Source of the DNA: Candidatus Staskawiczbacteria bacterium
Lineage (GTDB): Bacteria; Patescibacteriota; Minisyncoccia; Minisyncoccales; Staskawiczbacteraceae
Direction of reading: 5' to 3'
Assembly (NCBI GenBank): GCA_903885445.1
Contig: CAISIO010000006.1
Location: 15,309 to 79,308, forward strand
Length of the DNA: 64,000 nt
Positions 53,696 to 61,749 of this stretch are shown one piece after another. The position numbers were made by a program, and so were the translations under genes. Position 1 is the first letter of the stretch; every line of letters begins with the position of its first letter. The notes beneath the pieces are model-generated. The model worked only from the letters and a program-made list of their open reading frames with translations, was not told the DNA's origin and searched no databases.

Positions 53696-54919
53696 CTAGG
53701 GTTTGAAGGCTTTGAAAATCTTTCGCAATACAGAGCCAAATTTCCTGGCACCTTCCATCATACCTTCTTCTTCGCCAGAATCAACCCCCCCCAAGGCCAA
53801 TCCCGCCACAGTTGCCAACGCAGGATCGTCTTGAAGCCCCATAATACCTTGCGGGGTTCCAATTTCGCAAGCAAGCTTTAGCGTTTCTTTTGCAAGATCT
53901 TTTATCCTTGGAATTTTGGCTCCTCCGCCGGTCAAAACAATTCCTCCGGGCAACAATTCCTGCCTGCCGATTTTTTTTAATTCCTTCTGGATCAATTCCA
54001 AAATTTCAGCGACTCTTGGCTCAATAATATCCACCAAATTACGTTTCGTGAAATTAAGCGATGAAGATTTATCAAAAACTTCTATTTTCTTTTTTGCCTG
54101 CGCGGCTCTGTCTTTTTCTGTTTTCGCAAACATGCAAGTGCCATGCTGTTTTTTAATTGATTCTGCAATCGCGACTTCTGTTTTAAGACCAATGGCAATA
54201 TCGTTTGTGATATTTGCCGAACCAATCGGAAAAACAGCCAAGTGTATTAGCTCGCCTTCTTCAAAAACAGCCAGCGATGTCGTGGCAGCTCCAATGTCAA
54301 TTAAGGCGACCCCCAGCTCTTTTTGTTGCGGAGTTAAAACAGCTTTCGCGGCAGCAAGCGGCGAAGGCACCAAGTCATTAATTTGTAATTTCGCGCTCAA
54401 AACCGCTTGGGTCAAATTTGTAAAATACGGTTGAAAATAGCAAAGCAAAAGGACTTTTGCTTCAAGCCTTATACCGGTCAATCCTTCGGGCTGTTTGATT
54501 CCCTTTTGATCGTCAATAATATATTCGCGCACAAAAACATCTAAAACATCTTCGTTGTGCGGTATATTTATGGCCTTTGTAGCTTGCTTTACTCTTTCAA
54601 CATCTTCAGCTGAAATCCTCTGGTCGGCTCTTGAAACAGAAATAATTCCATCTGACGGAGTAACATAAAGATGGCTACCGCCGATATTAACATTAACCGA
54701 GCCAATTCTTCTATTGCAATCTTTTTCAATGCCGGCCATTATCATCTGCACGTTCTTCGAGGTTTCTTCTATATTCACAACAGCTCCTTTGCGGAGCCCG
54801 AAAGAAGGAACTTCCGCGTACGACAAAACTTCCCATTCTTTTCCCTTCCTTTGCGCCACCAGCGCCTTTATGCTGTGGGTGCCGATGTCTAAACCAGTTA
54901 CGATATTACCCTTCGCCAT
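53696..54919 (-). CDS. ftsA: Cell division protein FtsA (actin-like ATPase)
   Basis: 407 aa with GLDIGTHSIK phosphate-1, DIGAATT and LTGGGAK motifs. A C-terminal amphipathic helix (GSVLRKIFKAFKP) is present. Confidence 0.85.
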   Translation of the reverse strand: MAKGNIVTGLDIGTHSIKALVAQRKGKEWEVLSYAEVPSFGLRKGAVVNIEETSKNVQMIMAGIEKDCNRRIGSVNVNIGGSHLYVTPSDGIISVSRADQRISAEDVERVKQATKAINIPHNEDVLDVFVREYIIDDQKGIKQPEGLTGIRLEAKVLLLCYFQPYFTNLTQAVLSAKLQINDLVPSPLAAAKAVLTPQQKELGVALIDIGAATTSLAVFEEGELIHLAVFPIGSANITNDIAIGLKTEVAIAESIKKQHGTCMFAKTEKDRAAQAKKKIEVFDKSSSLNFTKRNLVDIIEPRVAEILELIQKELKKIGRQELLPGGIVLTGGGAKIPRIKDLAKETLKLACEIGTPQGIMGLQDDPALATVAGLALGGVDSGEEEGMMEGARKFGSVLRKIFKAFKP

Positions 54920-54921
54920 AG

Positions 54922-55302
54922 TTAAAGTTTGCTTAGATAAAATTTTTCTTTAGCTTCCATTTCTCCCGCTTCTTTTTTTGATTTTTCGTGGTCGTATCCG
55001 CACAAGTGCAAAATCCCATGAATAAAAACTTCCAGTACTTCCTCGCCTTTTTCCTTCACAATTTCCGGACAAATAATTATTTCCCCCAAATATCCGTCTT
55101 CTTTTAATTCAAAAGAAAGAACATCCGTAGGTTTATTCTTTTTTCGGAATTTTTGATTAAGCTTTTTTATCTCTTCTTCACTTACAAAAGCCAAAGATAT
55201 TGTTTGTGTTTCTCTATTTTCGCCTTTTAATACTTTTTTTGCAACTGTGGAAAAAAACCTTCTATCGGCTTGGAAATCCGTCAAATTGTTTATCTCTATC
55301 AT
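54922..55302 (-). CDS. ybeY: rRNA maturation endoribonuclease YbeY
   Basis: 126 aa with the HGILHLCGYDH zinc-binding motif. Confidence 0.9.
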   Translation of the reverse strand: MIEINNLTDFQADRRFFSTVAKKVLKGENRETQTISLAFVSEEEIKKLNQKFRKKNKPTDVLSFELKEDGYLGEIIICPEIVKEKGEEVLEVFIHGILHLCGYDHEKSKKEAGEMEAKEKFYLSKL

Positions 55303-55967
55303 TTTGGGAAATTAAGGCTGGAAATAATTTTTTCCATGGTTGCTATATAATTTTTTTGTAATCCTCCTGATGCCTCGCTGTTGGCCGGCTGTATATACGA
55401 ATATCCACTTATAACATATTGGAAACCTTGGTGCAGAAAAGAAACGTATTTTGTTCTTCCCAGTTTTGGCAAATCCAGAAATTGTTCAAATGCTTTTTCT
55501 CCGCCGATTCTAAAATTGCTGAAATCATAATTTATGGTTTTATCCGCTATACCCGGTGGTATGCAATTTATCTTAATATCCAAAATCGCTCCACTTGGAA
55601 ATCCTGTTGTGAAATATCCCGCATCCCCGAAGCCTTGCGGATATTTTTGGCTCTCCAACCTGAACCTTCCAATCTCATAAGAAGAGGCTATGGCTGATTT
55701 GTCATTTTGGCACTCTGTTAAAATATGGCCAATATTTTTTTCTGAATATAATGTTTTTCCTTCGGCAATCCAATTTTTCGGAGTTTGCAGATTAAAGCTG
55801 TAATATTTATTTTCAATTTTATAATTACTCGCATCGCTCAAGAAAAAATTCGTATAGATGGGATAGCTTAAAAGAAATCCCGCAATCAAAACAAGCACTA
55901 TAACAGCAGTTATTGCTGCCAGCGGCATATCTTTTATTCGCTCAAAAATATTAGTATGTTTAGCCAT
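55299..55967 (-). CDS. Hypothetical membrane-anchored protein
   Basis: 222 aa with a single N-terminal TM helix (LAAITAVIVLVLIAGFLL). I see no recognisable motif. A 4-nt overlap with ybeY supports coding. Confidence 0.6.
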   Translation of the reverse strand: MAKHTNIFERIKDMPLAAITAVIVLVLIAGFLLSYPIYTNFFLSDASNYKIENKYYSFNLQTPKNWIAEGKTLYSEKNIGHILTECQNDKSAIASSYEIGRFRLESQKYPQGFGDAGYFTTGFPSGAILDIKINCIPPGIADKTINYDFSNFRIGGEKAFEQFLDLPKLGRTKYVSFLHQGFQYVISGYSYIQPANSEASGGLQKNYIATMEKIISSLNFPK

Positions 55968-56091
55968 TTATATATTTTAACTCATTTTTGAAATAAAACA
56001 AAACTTCGCCAACTCACAACTTTTTACTTTCATTGAATTTTAATTATTAAAGAGTAGTCTGAAGCTAGCCCCCAAAAACGAAAGGCTGTAT

Positions 56092-56577
56092 ATGAAACTC
56101 GTAGCGATACCGATTAAAATACGGTTCAACGGAGCAACTCCTTTATCCGAGCTATATGCGCAGCTCGCAGAGCACATGGTCTCTGCGCCGTTGTACAGCT
56201 TCTTTGAGAATATGGACAATGAGCGCCTGCACTTCTGCGATACTATTGAAGAAAAGGAGATTATAGTCGTACGATTTGGAGCGTCAATGAACGAAGTGGA
56301 GGCCTTTGCCACCCTAGAAGGAACACGCTACAAAGAGAACACCCTCGTAAGCGCCAATTTAAGAGAGGCGTTAACGTGTGCGGCAGATGAAAAGTATTGG
56401 ACGCAGGGCACAAAAGGCAGAGTCGTAGTTCTGAGGGCCAAACGCGAACCGCCGTTGTCGAAAGTGGACTTCTTGTCATTGTACAAGGGTCCCGGAGAAA
56501 AAAGGGTCATAAAGCCTTACGCCGTGAAAATATTCCCGGCAAGTACTTGGTTCTTGGCAAAAGAAAAGGAATCCTAA
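56092..56577 (+). CDS. Hypothetical protein (intermediate-GC cassette E)
   Basis: 161-aa ORF on the minority strand at about 47% GC by eye. AAAGG lies 6 nt upstream of the ATG. A hairpin, GGAATCCT/AGGATTCC (56568-56599), spans the stop, and a T7 run lies at 56637-56643. Confidence 0.6.
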   Translation: MKLVAIPIKIRFNGATPLSELYAQLAEHMVSAPLYSFFENMDNERLHFCDTIEEKEIIVVRFGASMNEVEAFATLEGTRYKENTLVSANLREALTCAADEKYWTQGTKGRVVVLRAKREPPLSKVDFLSLYKGPGEKRVIKPYAVKIFPASTWFLAKEKES

Positions 56578-56641
56578 TCCTGAAAAGGAAAAGGATTCCA
56601 GCAGATATGGCGTTGTTCCCTCCGGAGCCCCGCCTCTTTTT

Positions 56642-59338
56642 TTAATAACTCCAATTAAAATCGCCTTTTGTTGTTGCAATCTTTAAAACCTTCAACCCGC
56701 CCAATGACTTCAAAATTATTCCCGAAGAATCTTTTCCGATTAATTTTGTATTTTTCCCATCGTAAACCGCCAAAATATTATAATTCTTTTTTGATTGGAC
56801 GTACTGGAAAAGCGCTTTCAAATTTTTGTTCTTGTCATAAAGCCAAACAAAAGCCATAAGATTTTTACTAATATCAGTTGCAACTCCATTATATTTTAGA
56901 GATTTGATCTCTCCCGACATTGTAATCTTTCTGTTTTTATCTTTCAATTTTATTTCTGTTATATTTCCGGCCTGGTCTGTTAAAGTAATCGTATCGTCGC
57001 TATCTTTAACTAAAACCAAAGAAGCATCTGAAATATTATCTGTTCCTGTAAATTTTAAATCTTTGACATTTTGGTCAAACTGAATCATAACTTCCGGCGC
57101 GGTTTTATCTATAACAAAATTTATTGTTTGTTCCGGTTCATTGTTGCCCGCTTTATCTGTGGCAAAAAATGCCAAAACGTGTTTGCCTTCTTTTGAAACT
57201 GAAAAATTTACAACCTCTCCGCTGACTGTTCTGTAATCGTCTCCATCTAATTTATATTCCACATTTAAAACTCCAGACAAACCATCGGTTGCTTTTATGT
57301 TTATCGCTACTTCGCTTCTATAAAAATTTGTCTGGCCAGCAGTTCCCGATAAGGTCGCAACGGAAACCGGGGGCAAGACATCTTCTGACGACGCGGCGTC
57401 AACAGTTGCCGACGGTAAAATTACTTGTTCCTGCGAAGCTGGAGTTTGTTTAACGGCCAGAGAAGTTGTGCCATCTGCATTATTTATGTTTACATTTCCG
57501 GTCAAACTGGTTGTAACCGGCAAGTTGCTAAACACTTCTGTATTTGTTATTTGGCTATTATTTATATCCTGGCTTTTGATTGTGTAAGTCCCCGCATCGG
57601 TTCCTTGCATATTTATATTATAAATTTGCCCGCTGTCTTGCGGAAGATAAATAAATTTATGGTCGCCCAAAATTTCAAAGTCGGCATTTGGAATTTCGTT
57701 TATAACGTTTCCATCATCAGCCAAGCCCAATCTATTTCCATTTTGATCTGTCACAAAAATATTCACCGGCGAAAAAACAGAAATCGCTTTTCCGTTCAAA
57801 CTACACTTTGAAATATCCTGCGTGATTAAATCATTTCCCCAAAAATCTTTTCCCGTGTTTAAATTACTGCCTGATATTAAATTAACAATCTCTTGCCTAA
57901 TTCCATCTTCGCTTGGCATTTTACCGTGGTCAGAGACTAAAGCGTAGTATTTATTATTCTGGTCAATCGGCAAATTTGTCGCAGATTCCAACGGAACTGT
58001 GTTGTCGCCAGCATTATACTCTACCGTTGCGTAACCTATACTATTAATGCCCAGTGGAGTTTTAGTTTTTGTTTCTATAAGCCTCGTAATTGTTCCCGAT
58101 TTGCATCCATCTATTGCATAAAGACTGATTCCCGCGCTGCTTAAATTAAAATCATCGAAAGCTTGAGTGTGCAGATTTCCCGAATTAGTTAATGCCTGAG
58201 AATTAAGACCGTGGTCGCCAGTTAAAAAACTTTTCGATTCAGCATAATTTAAATCTTTTTCAATCGGCTGTCCGGAAGTAAAATCAATTTGCGAGACAAA
58301 ACTTCCTTTCACATTAAAATATTTCTGCGTCGGCAAAAGGTCATAAACCGCCGGCATATTTTGCGATATCTTTTTAATTTCCTGGTCATTTAAACCCGGC
58401 ACATCAAGATTATCTCCCTGCACCAAAACTTTTATTGCTTTCGGCGCGCCGGTATTTGGCACTCCAACAAAAACTGCTTTCCCGATATGATTATCTGCCG
58501 GATGATTCATTGCATAACTTTTCACAATCAATCCTCCCAAACTATGAGCGATAACATCAACTTTGCTAGCTCCGGTTTGCGTTAAAATATCCTGTATTTT
58601 TTTCGCCAACAAATCCGCATTCGTTTTCCCGTCATTATATTTCCCCGAAGCTCCATATCTCCAATCATACGGAAACGTAAATAAATCTTGGTTTTCTATA
58701 TACCCTTGACCGGTGAATTCTGCAACGATGCCGTCGTAGTAATCATATTTGATTGGTCCTATATTCTTTGAACCTAAAATATTGTAAGTATACACCGTCG
58801 GTTCGCTTGGCATTAGGATGCTATTAAAAGATAGCGCGTCCATAAAGTTATCGGAGTTAAGAGGATTAACCATCCTGGCAACATCTGCCCACAATAATTC
58901 ATTTCCATTTTTCATCTCTGTTCCTAATAATCCCGGCACAATTAAAACCGGCGTTGTACTTTTAATATTATTAAAGGTGCAAATAATGTTTTCAAAAGGT
59001 TTTGGAGAAAAAATTACACTGTCTGGCTGATAAAAAAATACTTCGCTTGGATTATTACTTGCGCAAAAGATACTGCCAATTTTCAAACCGGAAACATTGT
59101 TTTGAGCAAGAGAATAAGAACCGTACGGGCCTAAAATAGTAATGGTTTTCGAAGCAGATAAATTGCTTGTTTGTAAATCAAATGCCTGAACATTTTGCAA
59201 ATTAAAATGGAAAGGAGCATCAGCTCCTTGCGTGTTAACGATAACAGTTACATTCGCCGTGGGAACCGGCATAGATTGGGAAGACGCCGGCGCGAAAATA
59301 ACGACTAAAGCTAAAAATATTATAATTTTGTTTTTCAT
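56642..59338 (-). CDS. Secreted alpha/beta-hydrolase lipase/esterase (LCAT/PGAP1-like) with C-terminal Ig-like domains
   Basis: 898 aa with a signal peptide and the nucleophile elbow VIAHSLGG. It has a long beta-rich C-terminal half with repeated Ig-like segments. Confidence 0.6.
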   Translation of the reverse strand: MKNKIIIFLALVVIFAPASSQSMPVPTANVTVIVNTQGADAPFHFNLQNVQAFDLQTSNLSASKTITILGPYGSYSLAQNNVSGLKIGSIFCASNNPSEVFFYQPDSVIFSPKPFENIICTFNNIKSTTPVLIVPGLLGTEMKNGNELLWADVARMVNPLNSDNFMDALSFNSILMPSEPTVYTYNILGSKNIGPIKYDYYDGIVAEFTGQGYIENQDLFTFPYDWRYGASGKYNDGKTNADLLAKKIQDILTQTGASKVDVIAHSLGGLIVKSYAMNHPADNHIGKAVFVGVPNTGAPKAIKVLVQGDNLDVPGLNDQEIKKISQNMPAVYDLLPTQKYFNVKGSFVSQIDFTSGQPIEKDLNYAESKSFLTGDHGLNSQALTNSGNLHTQAFDDFNLSSAGISLYAIDGCKSGTITRLIETKTKTPLGINSIGYATVEYNAGDNTVPLESATNLPIDQNNKYYALVSDHGKMPSEDGIRQEIVNLISGSNLNTGKDFWGNDLITQDISKCSLNGKAISVFSPVNIFVTDQNGNRLGLADDGNVINEIPNADFEILGDHKFIYLPQDSGQIYNINMQGTDAGTYTIKSQDINNSQITNTEVFSNLPVTTSLTGNVNINNADGTTSLAVKQTPASQEQVILPSATVDAASSEDVLPPVSVATLSGTAGQTNFYRSEVAINIKATDGLSGVLNVEYKLDGDDYRTVSGEVVNFSVSKEGKHVLAFFATDKAGNNEPEQTINFVIDKTAPEVMIQFDQNVKDLKFTGTDNISDASLVLVKDSDDTITLTDQAGNITEIKLKDKNRKITMSGEIKSLKYNGVATDISKNLMAFVWLYDKNKNLKALFQYVQSKKNYNILAVYDGKNTKLIGKDSSGIILKSLGGLKVLKIATTKGDFNWSY

Positions 59339-59371
59339 AAAGCTCTGTTACTTATTTATTATTTTTATAAA

Positions 59372-59725
59372 TTACATAACTAGCTCCATATGGCTTAACA
59401 TATTAACTATGCCAAAAATGGCAGAAAACCATAATAATAAAATAGCCAGTCCGATAATTAATATTTTTTTCTTAAATTTTATACTCATTATTAATAGACC
59501 AAGAATACCAAACCATTCAATTCCCATCGCTAAAAGTAGGTAGCCAATATGATCAGTAAAAAATTGTTGACCTACAACATAATAAATCGGCGACTTAATA
59601 TTTGTTTCCGAAAAATTATTTAAAAAAGATAAAATGGACAGTGGCGTAAAATAAAATAAAATTTCGGGGACGACGAACATAGCGACGAAAACCCACAACC
59701 AAATTTTTTGTACTTTTGACATCAT
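59372..59725 (-). CDS. Small hydrophobic membrane protein
   Basis: 117 aa with 3-4 predicted TM helices. I recognise no family, and it is not SMR-like. Confidence 0.55.
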   Translation of the reverse strand: MMSKVQKIWLWVFVAMFVVPEILFYFTPLSILSFLNNFSETNIKSPIYYVVGQQFFTDHIGYLLLAMGIEWFGILGLLIMSIKFKKKILIIGLAILLLWFSAIFGIVNMLSHMELVM

Positions 59726-59787
59726 GTTTTACTATTTTAATTTATATTTATTAATTATACCAACTCTGAAAGATTTTTTCTACAAAC

Positions 59788-60065
59788 AAAAAAAGACCCC
59801 ACTTCTGCAGGTTAGGTTTGCTACGCGGAGGAGTGCGTAGCGAGAGGAAAAAACCAATGCGAGCAGATGTGGGGACATATTTAGAGAGGACACGGCCAGG
59901 AGTTTGGGGCGAAAGGACGCTCATTCATCGAACGAAGCGAACAATCACACCGAAGGCACCGGAACTATCAGAGTGGAGGGGTTTTGAAGGTCTGTTGGCC
60001 TCCACTATTCTGTTACGTGCCCCTATCCTGGGCGTGTCCTCATGGGACGAATGAACTGTCTATAC
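59788..60065 (-). ncRNA. Candidate structured non-coding RNA of unknown class (about 270 nt)
   Basis: GC-rich region with no ORF. Nested long-range helices: 59886-59900/60027-60041 (14 of 15 bp), 59906-59910/60019-60023, and hairpin 59973-59979/59999-60005. The 3' stem 59797-59808/59863-59874 (11 of 12 bp), with inner hairpin 59820-59826/59835-59841, is followed by T7 on the minus strand. Confidence 0.45.
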
Positions 60066-60068
60066 CTA

Positions 60069-60097
60069 TTTTTAACAAAAGCCAGACCGCACGTCAA
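60069..60097 (-). promoter_or_regulatory. Candidate promoter of the structured RNA
   Basis: On the minus strand it reads TTGACG (60092-60097), N17, TAAAAA(T) (60069-60074). It lies between the cassette F terminator and the first helix. Confidence 0.35.
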
Positions 60098-60116
60098 TGG
60101 GCCGACTTGGTAAAAC

Positions 60117-60143
60117 AAAAAAAAAGCAAACCCGAAGGCTTGC
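60117..60143 (-). terminator. Intrinsic terminator of cassette F ORF
   Basis: On the minus strand GCAAGCC-uucg-GGTTTGC (60126-60143) is followed by T9 (plus-strand A-run 60117-60125). It lies 28 nt after the stop. Confidence 0.7.
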
Positions 60144-60170
60144 ACGTTGCGTCTCACAAATATTGGCGCC

Positions 60171-60857
60171 CTACCCGATAGGAATGAATCCTCTCTCGCG
60201 GAGGGTTTGTAAAAGTTCGATGTTTCCGTCAACTTCGCCCAATGCCGCTGTCGGCTCACCGTCGTAGTCGAGCAGCACCTCCCAGGCAAGCGGGTCTGCC
60301 ACTGGCAACCACAGGCCTGTACCGGTATTGGCACACCACCACTTCCTCCCGCAACTGCAGGCGAAACACCTCTTGGGGAACTTCCCACCGGTGGCTTCTT
60401 GCCAATCAAATACCTGGCCCTCTTGTGTCGCCATCAGTTGGATGCATAAGCAATGACCGGCGTAGAGCTTGCGGGGTCCCGTGTATCTCTGCGCTTCAAC
60501 CAACGCCTGACCGGTCCGAAGGAAAAACTCGATCTGCGTGGCGACGAATGCCTCCATCGCCTCGTTGACGGCGGTGTTGGCAGTGAAGAGGGCTGCGCCA
60601 TCAGCGCCGACCCAGCAGAATTTGTCGCCCTCTTTGGGCCGTGAAACAACCCATTGACTCGTTTCATTGAGAACAAGCTCCTCGGCGACCCAGGGATCAT
60701 TGAATTCGATCCCGTGCTCGATGTAGTCCTTGCCGGTTATGCGCCCCCTAGCGACTCTTTCTCCTTCCGCCCCATCGATTGACTCAATCGTGAAATGGAT
60801 GCAATGGCATCCGGGGACCAATTCGTACTCTGGGCCTTTCCACTCGAATAGCAACAT
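60171..60857 (-). CDS. Hypothetical Cys/Trp-rich protein (GC-rich cassette F)
   Basis: 228-aa ORF that is GC-rich with GC3 codons. GAGGAG (60864-60869) lies 6 nt upstream of the ATG. The Cys clusters GCHCIH, GHCLC and CFACSCGRKWWC suggest metal binding. I recognise no family. Confidence 0.7.
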   Translation of the reverse strand: MLLFEWKGPEYELVPGCHCIHFTIESIDGAEGERVARGRITGKDYIEHGIEFNDPWVAEELVLNETSQWVVSRPKEGDKFCWVGADGAALFTANTAVNEAMEAFVATQIEFFLRTGQALVEAQRYTGPRKLYAGHCLCIQLMATQEGQVFDWQEATGGKFPKRCFACSCGRKWWCANTGTGLWLPVADPLAWEVLLDYDGEPTAALGEVDGNIELLQTLRERGFIPIG

Positions 60858-60908
60858 GACCGTCTCCTCGTGTTTTTTTCTCGTTTCACTGGCTAGCGAC
60901 GATAATAT

Positions 60909-60937
60909 AATTTAAAACTTTTATTAACTTTTGTCAA
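60909..60937 (-). promoter_or_regulatory. Candidate sigma70-like promoter of cassette F
   Basis: On the minus strand it reads TTGACA (60932-60937), N17, TAAATT (60909-60914). The shared GTC-GCTAGCC-AGTG-AAACGAG motif (60880-60900) starts about 9 nt downstream. Confidence 0.45.
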
Positions 60938-60967
60938 CAAAAAACCGCCCCCGACCCGCAAGCGGGT
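60938..60967 (-). terminator. Probable terminator after the GatB/YqeY-domain gene
   Basis: On the minus strand ACCCG-cuug-CGGGT (60954-60967) is followed by CGGGGGCGG and T6. It directly abuts the -35 of cassette F. Confidence 0.45.
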
Positions 60968-60992
60968 ACCCCGAGGACGATTTTTACTTTGA

Positions 60993-61490
60993 TTATTTAG
61001 ATAATAACTCTTTTACGATTTTGGAAATTTCAGAGTTATCTGCTTTGCCTTTAACTTTTGGCATCAAGTCTGCCATTATCTTTCCCATATCTTTCATTTC
61101 GCTGGCGCCGGTTTTTGTGATTGATCCTGCAACTAATTTTTTTAATTCTTCTGTTGATAATTGTTCGGGCAAATACTTTATCAAAATTTCTATCTCTTTT
61201 TTTTCTCTGTCTGCCAACTCCGGCCTATTGCCTTGTTCGTACAGAACAATTGCGTCTTTTCTTTTTTTAATTTCCGCAGATACTACCTCTAGTATCTGCT
61301 CATCGGTCAATTCCGATTCTTTTATCAAATTTTCTTCTGTTGCGTCGGGCCTTTCTTTTGACATCTTATATCTTTTGTCTTTCTCTTTTGTGAGAACAGA
61401 AGCTAACAGCATACGCAAAGTTCCAAGCAAAAACTGATTACCTGCTTTCAGCGCGTCAGTAGTATCTTTTTGTATTTGCTGTTTTAACAT
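60993..61490 (-). CDS. GatB/YqeY domain-containing protein
   Basis: 165 aa that aligns along its full length with YqeY (YLPEQLSTEELKKLV...GASEMKDMGKIMADLMPKVKGKADNSEISKIVKELL). Confidence 0.85.
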   Translation of the reverse strand: MLKQQIQKDTTDALKAGNQFLLGTLRMLLASVLTKEKDKRYKMSKERPDATEENLIKESELTDEQILEVVSAEIKKRKDAIVLYEQGNRPELADREKKEIEILIKYLPEQLSTEELKKLVAGSITKTGASEMKDMGKIMADLMPKVKGKADNSEISKIVKELLSK

Positions 61491-61501
61491 TTGAATTTAA
61501 A

Positions 61502-61720
61502 CTACTTAGGCTTAGCCATTTTGTCCTCCACCAACTTTTCGGCTCTTCTCCTGACTTTCCTCAAGGCAGATCTCTTTTTGACCAACGCGGATTTTGCCCT
61601 TTTAAAAAACTGCCCTTTTCTTATTTGCAAAAGAGTGCCCGATTGCCTGACGGTTTTCGTAAAGCGGTGCACCAAATTCTGCGAAGTTTCTTTGTCTTTT
61701 TTTGTTACTTGTACTGGCAT
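61502..61720 (-). CDS. rpsU: 30S ribosomal protein S21
   Basis: 72 aa and highly basic. The MPVQV start, the FTK..RQSG.L...RK..F.KR pattern and the K/R-rich tail match S21. Confidence 0.7.
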   Translation of the reverse strand: MPVQVTKKDKETSQNLVHRFTKTVRQSGTLLQIRKGQFFKRAKSALVKKRSALRKVRRRAEKLVEDKMAKPK

Positions 61721-61749
61721 ATTATTTTTTTATTTTATAATTATTTTAA

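Noticed and set aside
52819-53706. 295-aa plus-strand ORF covering the whole ftsZ locus
   Set aside because: It is exactly antisense to an unmistakable FtsZ. Its product is low-complexity (S/P/A/F-rich) and it has no ribosome-binding site. It is a shadow ORF.
59788-60065. Assigning the structured RNA to tmRNA, RNase P RNA, SRP RNA or a known riboswitch
   Set aside because: - No tRNA-like T-loop (GGTTCGA) and no 3' CCA.
- GAGGAAAAAACC only superficially resembles the P4 strand GAGGAAAGTCC, and no ACAGAA..GGCTTA partner is present.
- No SRP domain IV motif.
- No T-box, B12-box or ykkC signatures by eye.
- A formal covariance-model search is still needed.
60023-60700. ORFs 60023..60409 (minus, 128 aa), 60242..60568 (plus), 60434..60700 (minus) and 59818..60054 (plus, 78 aa) around cassette F and the structured RNA
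   Set aside because: They overlap the better-supported 228-aa frame or the helices of the candidate RNA. They lack ribosome-binding sites and have Arg/Pro/Gly-rich off-frame composition. The 128-aa ORF would also read through the T9 terminator.
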